Assembly (NCBI GenBank): GCA_010093705.1
Contig: MU006103.1
Coordinates: forward strand, 1-64,000
Reading direction: 5' to 3'
Length of the DNA stretch: 64,000 bases
Source: Patellaria atrata CBS 101060
Lineage: Eukaryota
The notes below the pieces were generated by a model. It made no database searches. It was not told where the DNA came from and was given only the letters and a program-made list of their open reading frames with translations. Made by a program: the position numbers and the translations under genes. Shown here one piece after another: positions 22,331 to 35,401 of the stretch. Position 1 is the stretch's first letter; every line of letters begins with the position of its first letter.

Positions 22331-23438
22331 TTACTCCGGTTCCTCCCCCTTCCACCTCTCTCTCACACCCTCAACATCAGCCCCACAAGCCCTCGCCCTC
22401 TCCACCACCGCTCTCGCCTTCTTAGCAACCGGTGCATCGATCATCTTCCCATCCAACGTCCACGCGCCCCTCCCCACTCTATCAGCCTTCTCATCTGCAA
22501 CACACACCCTAACCGCCCACTCGACCTCCTCCTCTCCCGGCGAAAATACTCTCTGCGCGACGTCCACTTGCGCCGGATGAATGACCTGCTTCCCGTTAAA
22601 CCCCAGCCTCTTCCCACCCGCGCACTCTTCTTCCAGCATCTGCAACGCGGACTCGGAACGGTAGGACGTCGCGACGAGGTCGATGGCGGAGGGGAGGTTG
22701 TGGGCGCGTGCTGCGGCGACGATAGCGGAGCGTGCGTATAGGAATTCGGTCAGCGAGGGGGTTCGGGTTATGGAGAGGTCGTGGGCGAAGTCCTCGGCGG
22801 CGAAGATGAGGCCGGAGAGGTAGGGCGATGCGGTGCAGATTGCGGGGAGGGAGAGGAGGGAACGGGCGGATTCGACGAGGGCGATGATGCGGATGGGGGG
22901 TTCAACGGTGGAGTCGGAGGAAGTGGTGGGGGATGGGAAAGAGGGATGGCGGGAGGGGAGGCGATGTCGGAGGATGTCAGTTATGAAGTGGAGGTCTGAG
23001 GGGGAGTTCACTTTGGGGACAACGATGGCGTCGAGGTTAGGGGCTTTGAGCTAGAGGTAGGTGTCAATACTGGGTGGGCCTATAGGGGCAACAATAGGGG
23101 ATTAGGGGATGAGTCTTGTACATACCACTTCTGTGAGGTCGTCCAGGGCATAGCCGCTGTCGACAGAGTTGATGCGGACGGCTTGCTCCCGGATACCCTT
23201 TGCGCATGGTTGTTGGAGGAGGGAAACGATATTCGACCGCGCTTCCGCTTTCTTGCCAGGGGTGACCGAGTCCTCCAGGTCGTAGGCTACGCAATCAACG
23301 TTCAAGCCGCGGGACTTATCCAGCATCTTCTTCGAGGATCCGGGCACTGTATTTCATCCATTAGCTTCCATAACGAGCAAAGATGAGCTTAAAGCATCTA
23401 CCATATAACAGTGCCCGCCGAATTATTGGAGCGGTCAT
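22331..23438 (-). CDS. Citrate lyase beta-subunit-like (CitE/HpcH-HpaI aldolase family), 2 introns
   Basis: [55 protein letters not shown]. Confidence 0.92.
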
Positions 23439-23737
23439 GATATTGTCTTGGAGTGCTAGTTGGACTTTTACATGTCCCTTACACGTTTCAATTAACCTCC
23501 GCTGACATCAAGACCGAGTCTATAAGCTCGTAAGAGCTTTCTATACACCAAATATCGGATAATAACGAGATACAGTACCTTTGAGGTTAGCACAAGAGCT
23601 CCCACAACCCTGGACGTCAGAGCGCGGTTCCTGATCTCGGCCAAGCGGCAGCCTTCCGCGTGTTTAACCACGACTTCAATGTAGCTTCAACCACAAATCT
23701 TAAGAACGAATGCCATAACATCTCGCCATACCTTGTA

Positions 23738-24469
23738 ATGGAACAACCTCAGGAAGGGTCGCTGACCTGGCGACTGAGTTCCCATCCCATCACACTCCTC
23801 TGCTTCCTCTCCTTCCGTCTCTGTATGTGCACCCTCCGGGCTCTCCTTTAACCAACCTCCATCCCTCTCCCAAAGCCCAAATACATCAGAGCTAATATCC
23901 TCTCAGCAAGTCTTCTCGTCTACCTTCTGGGTGGTCTCTTCGGAATCGACAGCTTGTGGGTTTCCCCTTCCATCAAACCCCGGTAAATCCATCCACCTTC
24001 CATACCAGAGCTTACCCCCTCCTCCAGTATCCTCATCTTCATAATAACAATCCTCCTCCTCGCTGCAGACTTCTACTACCTCAAAAACATCGCCGGGCGC
24101 CGTCTTGTTGGCCTACGATGGTGGAACGAATCCTCCACTTCCAACACCACTTCCTCCGGCAACTGGGTCTTCGAATCCGCTGATCCTCGGCCCACCAACG
24201 CGACGGATCGACGCTTCTTCTGGCTTGCTCTCTACGCGCAACCCGCTTTATGGGTCGCTCTCGCCATCGTTGATATCATGACGCTGAAATTTGTGTGGTT
24301 GATCTTGGTGGTGATTGCGATGGTGTTGACGGGGACGAACGCGCTTGCGTTTTCAAGATGTGATAAGTTTAGCCAAGCGACGGGAATAGCGGGGAGTGTG
24401 ATGGGAGGTGGAGGGTTGGCCGGGAGGATAGCGAGTGGGATGCTAGGGAGGGTATTTGGGGGACGATAG
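23738..24469 (+). CDS. TVP23: Golgi membrane protein Tvp23 (2 introns)
   Basis: [54 protein letters not shown]. Confidence 0.93.
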
Positions 24470-24788
24470 TTAGGAATAGGAAGGATGTGGTACGGTAAAC
24501 TAGGGATCAATATATCCAAATGCTCAAGTACGAAGGAGTTATCTTATTTTAATTTATATTCTTAAAGTCTACTCGCTTCTCCAGAATCCTAGATCCTTAC
24601 AAAATAAAAGAAAATCTGTAAAGAGTCTGAATTTACTTGCTCCCAAGTCCATCTCTCTAGTATCGACCTTACCTTTTATCACATGTAAAAAAATATACAA
24701 ACAAAATGAGATTCTCGCACCTTCCAAATTCCTCGTTTGCACCTGCATCTTTATGATTACCAAGTTCCTGTGCTACTTTCGATCTTAT

Positions 24789-24997
24789 GCCTCTATAGTC
24801 TAGTGGTAGTACAGCAGTATTTGCTCAAGTCAACCTCCTGCGTTGCAACTGGTACGAGGGTTCATCCACCGGTTGTGGCTGCCTAAGGACACTCATTTGA
24901 GTTAAAGGAAATCTAGAATCTACTATTAGAGACACGATTTCGCCTCAGCAAAATCAGTACGCCTGGTTTTCTGGGAGCCCTCGGGGCTTCTCTTTTT
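24789..24997 (+). ncRNA. Candidate tRNA-headed Pol III transcript (degenerate tRNA-like head, 3' hairpin, oligo-T)
   Basis: A-box TAGTCTAGTGG at tRNA position 8; degenerate B-box GGTTCATCC (~24859); imperfect acceptor stem GCCTCTA/TTGTGGC; hairpin GGGAGCCC-TCG-GGGCTTCT, then TTTTT. Confidence 0.5.
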
Positions 24998-26090
24998 GTA
25001 TATTTTTTTCCTCCATGAAGTTCTTTTCTTTTTCCTTGTCTACACGACGTCATGTAAAGAGAGCAGAGGAAGAGTGACCGATGGAATGACCCAAAACCTT
25101 ATTGGAAATCACGTTAGGTTAAGGTAGTATTAAATACGTATATATGCGACTTCCGTTACTTTTAAACTTTTAATTGCCCCCCAGACTAGGTTATTGTGCG
25201 TTTTACTATGATGGAACGGACTTTTGCCCGCCATTTGCAACTCCTATTCAACTTCTCGCAATGCACGTATACCTGAGTTTATGGAAGGATGTTGATGTCA
25301 AGAGCTACCGTGGACAGCGACCAGAGTGTGGTAGTTTAGCAGAAGTCTTAGCCTCGCTACATCTTAGCTACTAGCCTTAAGAATACGGTAGTATATTCAG
25401 GTAAGACTCCTCTCCTTAACCCTTCCATATTTGAAAAAGAAAAGGGAAAACTACGTTTGCACACATTCTCTCCACTCTTCTAAGCTCCTCTCCCAATCTA
25501 TCACAGTCTCTTTCCCAACCAAAGTTCTCCCCACCCTCCCTCGAAACGAAATCCTTTCCCAACATCTTCCCTATAACTCGACTTCGGTCCCAAGAGGTCG
25601 GTCTATTCGCTTTAGATGTTCTATGAATGACATCAACGTTCATACCTTTCTTTCGCAGAGTCGGAGTAGTGGCAAAGGGAGTCTAACATACTCCACCTCC
25701 CCTCTATCCTATCTTACTTACCTTACTTAGTATGACCTGAAAGATGAAGGTTTCAGATACATACGCCGAATAGGAAAGCACGACGACCGCCGCGGACCTA
25801 CCGTATCCATTTCGTATCCCCCACATAAAACCTAAACTTAAAGTTAAACCTTAACAAGACCACACTCTCCTCAAAAGTACCGTATCCCTCATCGTCACTC
25901 ACTCACAAGTTAAGAAGTAAACAACACATGCACAACTCACTATTCCCTACATTAAACACATTCCCCTTTTCTAAGATATACATCTCAATATACATTTAAC
26001 AGAAAGCGAAAGCAAAACAGCCTCCACAGACCTAGAACCCACTTCACTCATAACCCCCCTCCCCCTATACAAAAATACAGAGAATCAAAA

Positions 26091-26886
26091 TTACAGCGCC
26101 ATAACAGCTCCCACAACGGCAACCACAGCGGCCAACCCCGCCGCAACGGGTCTGATCTCACTCGCCGCATCCGTCGGCACGCTCGCCTCGGTCTCGGTAC
26201 TACTCGGCTCCTCCGTCGCCGTACTCGGCACCGTCCGCGTCGTGGTGGCCGTACTCGTACGCATAGTCAGCGTAGTCCCATCCGTCTCGGTTGCCGTCTC
26301 GGTCATCGTTTCGGTCTCAGTCGCCGTCTGGGTCGTCGCTTCCGTCTCGGTAGCGCTAGCGGACTCGGAGGCCGAAGAGGACGGCGCGACGGTGACGTCG
26401 CTGTCGATGACGAATTGCGGGGTGAAGTTTACGGCGGAGGTATCGGTGTCGTCGACGATTTCGATGGTGTAGTCGGAGCCGCGGACCGTGGAGGCCGGGA
26501 CGCGCCAGCTGTAGGAGCCGGAGTTGGGGATGTTTTCTATCATGATAGATCAATCGCTATTCTTTCACAATATACTGGTGCGAAGAAGGGTTTTTGGAGG
26601 AGAGTGTATGAGTGGGTTTTAAGGGGATGAGAGGTTTCTACATACCAGCAATAGGTTCCCCCTCCTCCAAATTGCCAGACGGGCCAGAGCGCAGGATCAA
26701 GGTCACCGTCCCGTCGGTCGTGGGATCCCAGCTTATCTCCGTCGTCTCGCCGGCCTCGAAGTTGAGGCCTTCGCGTGGGATATGGAAGGGGTTTGGGCTT
26801 GCGCCAGCGGAGGGAGCGCCGCTGGTGGCTGTCTGCGCAACTGCGAAAGCCGCGAAAGAGAAGGCGAAGATGCTTGCGAAACGCAT
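26091..26886 (-). CDS. GPI-anchored Ser/Thr-rich cell-wall protein (Kre9/Knh1-like N-terminal domain), 1 intron
   Basis: Signal peptide MRFASIFAFSFAAFAVA, VTLILRSGPSGNL, NSGSYSWRVP..DYTIEI, S/T stalk, hydrophobic C-terminal GPI signal. Confidence 0.88.
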
Positions 26887-28185
26887 TCTGAGTGTTACTT
26901 TTCGGGGGGTTGCGGTGGATCGGATTGAACTATGGCCGTCTTTAGATAGTCGCGATGTGGTTCAACAAGAGTGAGGAGGAGCGATGTATGACGCGTCTTC
27001 AGCTGAATAGATGTACACGCGCAAGAGGCTGTGTAGGACTAGAAGAGTGGGATACCGCTTGATAAACACAGCTGGTAGAAATGGTATCAGGAGAGAGTGA
27101 CTGATGAAGTAGAATTACAATTGGATAAGGTATTGATGAAACAGATGATGACAACGGGCGACGAAGGAATTAAAAGAAGTCAGCGAAAGAGGAGAGAAAG
27201 ACCCTTCAACTCCCCTTTACAGCCGAGCCGACGATGGAAATTGGATGGGGTGTTAGGCTCACCCCATCGCGAGCTGTAAGTGGTCAATTACGCCGTGGGA
27301 TCTGGAGGCTAAAAAGCCAAATCGATCAAGTGCAAGAAACGCCTTGCCGGATGCGATCAGGTCCTTACGGAATTTTTCAACCGGGCCTTGTACCTTTCTC
27401 TTGGTAATTTGGAAAAGAAGTTGCCCCTGTAAATCTGTCATACTGATCGTCAAAATGTGCATATTGATATCAAAAACCAGGCTGATTGATAAGTAACCCA
27501 ATGACGTACCTCCGCATCGTCTTCTCATCTGAAACAAAGGGAGGATTGTGTCGCAAAAACTGCCAGGTGTTCGCAGACATATCGTCTCAGATTTGTAGAT
27601 ATGCAAAGGGCGGGACCTAAAGCAGTCTTGACGTGCATCTCTCCGCATCATAGGATATGCAGGAACTAGACACCCGTAGACGGTAGTAATCTGCATCTAA
27701 AGCTGCTATGCGGGTCCCGGGTTGCATTAGTAGGAAAACTTGATGTAAATCGCTGCAAAACAGTTTCTTGAACGTTGATGTCGTGCTATTTACCTAATTA
27801 CCTTGCATGCTTCAAACCTTGGGCCGGGGAAGATCCGCGCAATAATGGTTAACTAGACGTCAAGCAGATAGCTCCAACATATATCAAGGTGCTGCTGCCA
27901 CGCAGCGTGATAGATATTAACAGGAAGGAAAAGGATTGCATGCATCAGCTGGTATTATGCGATTATTACTCCTACACTCATACTCGAACTCTCGTTTGCT
28001 TGCCTTCAACGCCCTTCAGATGCTGCAACAAAGACATAATATGACCAGATTAGACATTGTCATGAAGAGAAAATCCCAAAGTGAGATGCGAAACCCAGAT
28101 TATAACACAGACAGCCACTCGAATACCGTCCTTTTTTAAATATCCCGCAATTGGAACTTCCCCACACAAATATTGTGCAAGTTGC

Positions 28186-28987
28186 TTAGAAAAGGTAGGC
28201 AACGGCACCTGCAATACCTGCAACAAAGGCCAAGTTACCAGTCAAAGCAACAGCGGCATCAGTTGGAACACCAGTGCTTGCAGTAGTAGCAGTAGTGGAA
28301 TCTTCCGTTGCAGTAGTGGTAGTCTCGAAACCAGTGCTGGTAATAGTAGAGCTGGCAACAGTTGTAGTGATGTTTGTCAAGACTGTAGTGGTATTAGAGT
28401 GGACAACGGTGGTAGTCGAATTCGAGAACGTGAAGGTCGAAGTGACGGTTGCGGTGATAGAGGCGGTCTCGGTCTCAGTGGAAGTTGTCATGCCAGAAGA
28501 GAGAGTAGAGGTAGAGGGATTGGGGCCACCGGCGATGGTAAATTGTCCAGAGTAATTGATCTCATCGCCTTGAGTGATCTGGAGAGCATAGTCGGCGCCA
28601 ACGGGAAGGTCCTCATCAGGAGTCCACCTATAGCTTCCACCAGTTGCGCTTGCTGTTTATGAGTTAGCTTTGAAGCTCATTATGTTGAGCATGCGATGCA
28701 CTCACAGGTCAAGGTCGCGATCGTGTCAAGATTGCCGCTCTCACCTCTGCGGAGAGTGATAGTAACAGGCTGTGAAAGCAGATTGTCAGCTCAGCCTTGC
28801 GTGATGGAACAAACAATCAATCAAGGAAGCTTACATCCTCTAAATCAGGGGCGACATAGCTGATTGTCGTTGGTACGCCAACCGTGTAAAGGCCTTCAAG
28901 ACCTCTGAATTGCAAAGTCAAAGACTGAGCAGCCACGAGGGAAACAAGGGCGGACGCGCCAGCAAGAGCAGTGGTGAAGAAACGCAT
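28186..28987 (-). CDS. GPI-anchored Ser/Thr-rich cell-wall protein, paralog of 26091-26886 (2 introns)
   Basis: MRFFTTALAGASAL signal, VTITLRRGESGNLD, GGSYRWTP..DYALQI..INYSGQF, Thr stalk, VPTDAA + GPI tail. Confidence 0.85.
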
Positions 28988-29577
28988 TTTGACTCTTGGG
29001 GGAGCACAAAGTAAGTAAACCTAAGTAAGAGGCTGTAGAAAAAAGGTAAGGTAAGTAAGATGAAAGAGCGTAGGAGAAAAGTTGAACGAAAGTGAGTGTG
29101 TTGATTTGCAGCAAGGTAGACAAAGGAGTTTTTGAAGGTGCAAAGGAATGCGAAGAGAGAGAAATCGCAGGAATCGCCAGCTTCCCGCTTTCGTGTAGCG
29201 CGTTTTTGGAATTTTAAAGACAAATGACGGAATTTCGCCAATCACAATTCAAAACAACCTTGGCATATCAAAATTCACCAATCATATCAATTAAGTTGAG
29301 GGACCCTAGTTTCAGCTATTAAGGGGCTGGACCTGTCCAATAATACCTTGTATATAAGCCCCAAAGTTGGGAAAATTAAGGTAATGCTCCATTAAGGAGG
29401 CCAGCCATAAAAAGGCATGTCAGACCGCCGATCTACTTGTAGATACTCTATAGGTGCTCACTTCATTGATACGGAGTGTTTCTCCAGCTAACTGTGAAGT
29501 ATCAGCCGAAGATAATGAGTACGTCAATGTGGAAGTATGTCTTGATATGGGATATCGTCGAAGGACGAGAAGCGTCC

Positions 29578-31746
29578 TCATCGAGTCCCATTAACACCTA
29601 CATTATTCTCCAGCCTGTTGACTAGTTTCTTCATCGAAGTCCATTCATCATTCCTCACTGAGTCTAGACCTCCTAATCCAGTACCGACCTCAAAGACGGT
29701 AACGACACTATCCAAACCACCGACCGCAATCCGTTTACCTTCTTGAGGTTCCCATGCGAGCTTGTTTAAACTTCTAGGCATATATACACTACCATTCTTA
29801 TTTGACGGAGTCGTTTTCGTAACAGGCACTTCAACATCGGCGTTGATGTCCCACACTTCTAGACTTCCCGCTCCATCGACTAGGGCAAAGATTCCAGCTT
29901 TGATAGGTGACCATCTAGCACTGTAAACCAGATCCTCGCGAGTGAAGTCAAGCAAGGGTGATGCAGCTTGTGCGGTGCCGGTCACACTCGTGGTACTGCT
30001 CGTCGCTGATTGTCTGACTTTCCACAGTTTGACGCTCCAGTCAATACTGGAACTTAGAACCAGATCACCAAGATCAATCGGTCCCTTTGCTGGATGGAAA
30101 TCTAGAGACATGACTGGTGCACTATGCCCACGGTATGAGATCCGCGTGTCCACACCAGCTTTTGCTCCAGCTCGATCGTAACGGCTGCATGGGTAGATAT
30201 TACCATCTTCCGAGCCGACTAAAAAGTAAGTAGGGTCTGATTGCGGGAATGCAATACATGTAGGTGCCATATCTTCCGTTTTTGTGGGTGGTGGGGTTAT
30301 TAACTCGAGGTATTCCTGGGGTTGTGATAACATGTCAATAGACCAACCACATACAACCCCATCCGTTGAACAAGATATAATATTGTTGGCATTCTGAGTG
30401 CCTACAATATCAATAGAGTATACAGGATGAGTATGACCGGAACCGGTTAAGGGTGTCTTTTGTACCGGGGTATGTTTCGTTCGTGTGTCCCAAAGCAGGA
30501 CTTGGCCACTGTACGCTCCGCCAATGATCAGATTTGGATGGAAAGGTGAGAATTTTGCAGCGATGATATCCGACTGGGCATGGAATATATACTCTGCACG
30601 ATCTTGCATATGCATATTCCAGACCTGTATGATTCCATCAGGTTCGTGAGGTGCTGTTGGGTTCTTAGTGTAGGATGCTAATACAAGCTCCGGAAACTGA
30701 AGTGATATCAATAATTGCCCCGATTATCAGTATATTTAGACATACCTTAGGAGAAAACCCTATGTCGCTGACCATACGCTTTTTGCTCCATCGGTCATCG
30801 TAGAATTGTACGACTTCACGCACACTACTCGGACCGAACTCACCATCTTCATCTACGGGCACGCTTGAACCTCCAACAGCGTAATTGGCTAGAATGTCGT
30901 ACTCTTGATCCAAAGCTCGTTCCAGAACTTTTGTAGATCTCTCTACGAACTCTCTGAATTCCTCTGATGTCTCTACGGCATTGAGTTCTTCATGATTAAG
31001 TGTCCTCGCGGGGAAGTTTGGTTGTGGTGCATCGGGTTGTAATACTGCATCTGTACCAGACTGCTGTAAGGCCTTGAGTTCTGCTTCAATCTCTGTTCTG
31101 ATATTCTGCCGAAGCTCCTCTTCTCTTTCCCGTTCTCGTCTACTCAATCTCTTACTTGCCCGAGGAGATCTAATCCTTCCTGGTGAGCCATCCTCATCCG
31201 AACCAAACCCTGGCGAACGCCGCCTAGGTGGTGACCAGTCAGTGGACGTCTGAACACCCTTACTATATGTAATCACCTCCCGCTTGGGTGACGATGGAGC
31301 TTCGTATACAACAGTGAGAGGCGCGAGGGATAGAGTTTGAGTAGCTACAGATAAGGAGCGGGTTTTGAGAGGCGGACTGGAGGGATCTGATTCATCTTGA
31401 CTGGCTCGACCAGCGCTGGCGATAGATGTTGGGCGACTTCCTCTACCGGCAGATGGTGAGGATGGATCGTAAGGGCCTGTGGAACTTGGCCGACTACCTC
31501 GAGTAATCGCTTCTATGATGTTGTTTACATCACGTTGTTTGTCTGCTCGACTTCGTAAGGGATCGATTTCGAGCTTTGGAGTGTCAGAAAAGGTTGATAA
31601 CTCAGCATCTATATCTTTACCTCGTCTTTCGTACTCTGCTTGGCTGCAGCGAGTTCCTTGGATCTTTCAATTCTTTGGCGCTTTAACTCTTCGAGCTTTG
31701 CTTTCTTTGCTAGAATCTCATTTCTACGCTGTTGAAGAGTATCCAT
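29578..31746 (-). CDS. PAC11: Cytoplasmic dynein intermediate chain (WD40)
   Basis: N-terminal QRRNEILAKKAKLEELKRQR, TYSKGVQT light-chain motif, FVERSTKVLERAL, WD40s (GGAYSGQVLLWD, HTHPVY, SSIDWSVKLW). Confidence 0.92.
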
Positions 31747-32216
31747 ACCTTAGTCGCAGTTCAAGCCTGATCTAGACCTTAGAGGTCAGTTTCAAGAGCG
31801 TGTTTCGTTGGAGATAGTTGCAATTCCTAGGGGCCCAATGCAACACGAGAATGCCCAGTAAAAAAGGTATCGAAACTCCGTAGACTCCAGATTTTCAAAA
31901 GGACTGGGGGTATCAAATCTGTACAGTAATCGTCGCGTTGTATAAGCTGTTCGTCGAGACTAGGGGTTGAGGTTCATCGTTAAAAATTTGGGTCACGTGC
32001 AAGCTCTCCGAGCCGGAGAATCGGAGGGAACCGTCGAACAACTTTATTCCCCAGTCGCAACATCTTCGAACATACATCAGAGCTTCCTTTCCTTCGGCCG
32101 AACCTGCAATTTCTCATCAACGGCATCAGTTGCTCTTATCGCTCAATACATACAGTTGTAGGGGCAATTGACACCTTTGTCGCGCTCTCATCCCGTCGGT
32201 TCCTCGGTTGCGCGAT

Positions 32217-32671
32217 ATGGCTTCAACGGGTGTTAACGTAGGTCAATTCCATAAGGAAAAGCTTCCCAAGCTCAATACAATACTCCAATGGACTTCTCGT
32301 CAGGCTCTGAATGTGCAGAAGAGTTAATTAATGCGTTATAGGTCCTACGATGGTCGGCACTCGGGCTAGGGGTATTTTACGGCATCTATCATCAGAGTTC
32401 AATATACACGAAAGACCGGGTCGCCAAGTCCAAAGCCGAATATAACCACAAGATGGAGCTGATAGAGAAAGCGAAGGCGGAATTCACAAAGAAGAACAAC
32501 CCCTCTTCGGTGAAGGGTGGAGACAGTGCGTGATTCCGTTTCCTTCGGCAAACCGTCCTACACTAGGGCTAAGGTCGTAAACTGACGGAAGCTACAATAG
32601 TCATCACGGACCCAGAGGACCCAAATTTCAACCTCGAGACATTTCTACAAGTAAAGGCAGGGGAGAAATAG
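32217..32671 (+). CDS. ATP21: Mitochondrial ATP synthase subunit e (2 introns)
   Basis: MASTGVN|VLRWSALGLGVFYGIYHQ...LIEKAKAEF...|VITDPEDPNFNLETFL. Confidence 0.9.
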
Positions 32672-33479
32672 TTTACTAGGGTTGTGGTATATGAGGTTTT
32701 AAGAGTACTTCGGAGGTCTGAATGAAACGCGTGAAAGATTCGGTATAATCGGAATGTTATCAGCAATTTGGGATCGGTTGCGATGATGACAGGGACTATT
32801 TTCAGGTTCCCGTGTACTTACTGTACATATAGATCGATTTGTGTTTTCATCTAGCTCTCTTCTTGAATGCCGTCTTCCATCGAGGCGTCAACAGCATGTT
32901 TATCCGCTTATCATCTACCACGCGCCAGTCCGCAATCCCCCGGTTTTCGATTATGGGTTACTAGCCTTTGGTTGCTTTACCCTCTCTATCACTTCACCCG
33001 TCGTGGTATTCATTGCTCGCTGTACAGTCCCTCTCTTATAGGTTTCTGAACTTCTTTAACATGAGAATCGAAACCATACAAAGGAACCCCAACCGCGTAT
33101 AGTGGCTCTAATCCAGTACAAGATTTTGCCCCATAAAATTCACTTACAGAACGCTCTCTTTCGGACTGGTTCCGGCTCGATACATAAGAAAGACGAAAGG
33201 ATGCAAATTTCTTCCAACGTATCGTATGACTTGTATGTACAGTCAGTGGCGGTTGATTGCTACCACCGAATTAGCAACTTTGCAGTAATCACGGAGCCTG
33301 TTTTAATCCCCCACCGAGTACCCAGCATTATATCAAGTATCGATTGCTACTTCGCAGTGGTTCACGTTGCTCAGCCTCTGTACTTAACAATACATTCCAA
33401 GGGGTTTTAGCGTATACCTCGTATCTAGGAAAGCAGTTACAGTGACAAATACATTCGAGCACACTGAAGTGATAATATT

Positions 33480-34307
33480 CGCCTAATATCAAACATCGTA
33501 CATACTACCTTCCTTTGGTTGTACCAGCTATCACACTCCCCAAATAATGCCTCGAAACAAAATCTTGTAGAAATCCAAATCCCAAGCACCTCCATTTACA
33601 ACCCCCGGCTACCATTCCCAATATCCGGCTTACGAAACTGACCTCGAGTCACAAACATGATCTCAACGGTCAAACACATCGGTCATAGCCCACAGCGTGA
33701 GACTCCAAGGTATCGTACAGTACCATATATCAACGCGCTCAACCTTCCTCCCTCTTTCACCCAACCCATTTCCCTCCCCGGCCCCTCAAACCGCTCTTCC
33801 CACAAACCATCGATCCCTGACGCCTTCCCTCAATCCAACCTCCCCACCAACCTCTAACAATGCACTCAGACCCCTCGAGCCCCTCCCTCCAAGCCAATCA
33901 CATAAATAATCCCTCAAGCTTCGAAAGGGTGTAGGAAAGCAATATCCCCCTGTCCAATAGGTCCAAGAACGCGGCAGAGGAACATGAATTTCTGGATTTC
34001 GATATTTCAAAATACACTTTTCCACGACTGATTTCTCGTGGCTGTTGTCTTCTGCTTCAATATGGGAGCGGCCAACGAGGAGGGACTACGAGTGCCATTA
34101 TTCGGGGTGACGGGGTAAGGGTCGGATTGTCTTGAGCGGGACTACGCGTGTATAGAGTAGCTTGGAGAAGAGAGAGATTTCAGGGGTCGGTCTATGTAGG
34201 TTCCAGGCAAGCCAGACTGAGATCACAAGAAAAGGGTGGATAGTAGATATTATCACCAGAGTACGATGTTTAAGGAAGCGATAACAAGGTTTGAACCGCG
34301 TGTACAT
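33480..34307 (-). pseudogene. Possible decayed type II membrane protein gene (glycosyltransferase 32/Och1-like guess)
   Basis: N-terminal TM (LVIISTIHPFLVISVWLAW), then stop-interrupted fragments (KYRNPE, GGY, VIGLEG in a shifted frame, WAMTDVF); family assignment weak. Confidence 0.25.
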
Positions 34308-35401
34308 TATTGATAAGTATCTAGATTAGTATGAGCAATCAGGAAGTGGGAGTATGGTTTGATTGTTTTTATTCTTTTTTTTTTGGACCGTGGGGTGGAG
34401 GAGTCTGTCTTCAAAGAACTTAAGGTAGACTTATTACGAAATTAATGGAGATGGTATACAATAAGGGACGAGCGAGATAGGGGTAGTTTCTGCGAAATTG
34501 CTTCTAAAATGAGATTCAAGTATGGAATTGCCTCTATCGTTTTAAGAAATTGGAGAGAGGAACTGGGTTCGCTTACATAGTGCAAGGAGGGAAATATCGA
34601 AAGATCATGAAATGAAATATAGCTCTGATCTGAAGGAATTCTAGGCGCTCATTGTAGGTTGTACAAACCGGTGTTTTGATGGAAGCTTCGTTACAGACGA
34701 ATTACTAGTAGATGGATTGCTGTTGGCTTACTACGGTTCATGGGTGTGGATCCAATAACATCTATGTCGTACCATAACCGAGGGAGACCAGACTTATTCT
34801 TCCTTTTATACATTGTGGTACTAAAGTATTCCAGAAGAATCTCATAACTCCGAAGACTCCAGATATAGAGATGGCATTGACGCCATTACACGTCGTATGA
34901 GGGATTCCAAGTACCGCGATGTGTAAGGATCATCCGTTACGCGAGATTCCCAAAGGGATACTGTAAGGTAACGATACATTGATGTACATGATAAGAGCCC
35001 TGATTCCCGCATATTAAAACTGGGGTAACATCCCAGTGATCTTCCCGCCTTGGGATCGAGTGCTTGTTCGGGTTTGACTTTGATATTCCCAAATGATTAA
35101 TTTCAGGCCCGCATGTGATATACAACACCGTGCCGATGTATTCTTTGGGTTACACAGAATGGTAAATCGAGCATCTGCTGTGAAAGCTTATACTATGACA
35201 AGTTAGACTCCGCTGAAGATTGACGGCTACGAGGGTGAAATGCTACCTGCGCGGGGCTACATAGTCGGTAGTCAATGTTCTCTGCCTGGATGGATACATC
35301 TATTACTACGTGTAGAAACGTTTAAGTTAGTTTGTCAACTCTCGGTAAGAATACGTAAAATCAAGGAGGAGTGAAGTACTTTGTATTCTCATAATCCTCA
35401 T

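Noticed and set aside
24789..24879. Canonical tRNA gene
   Set aside because: The acceptor stem has two mismatches, the T-loop is degenerate, and no clear anticodon loop exists; kept only as a candidate ncRNA.
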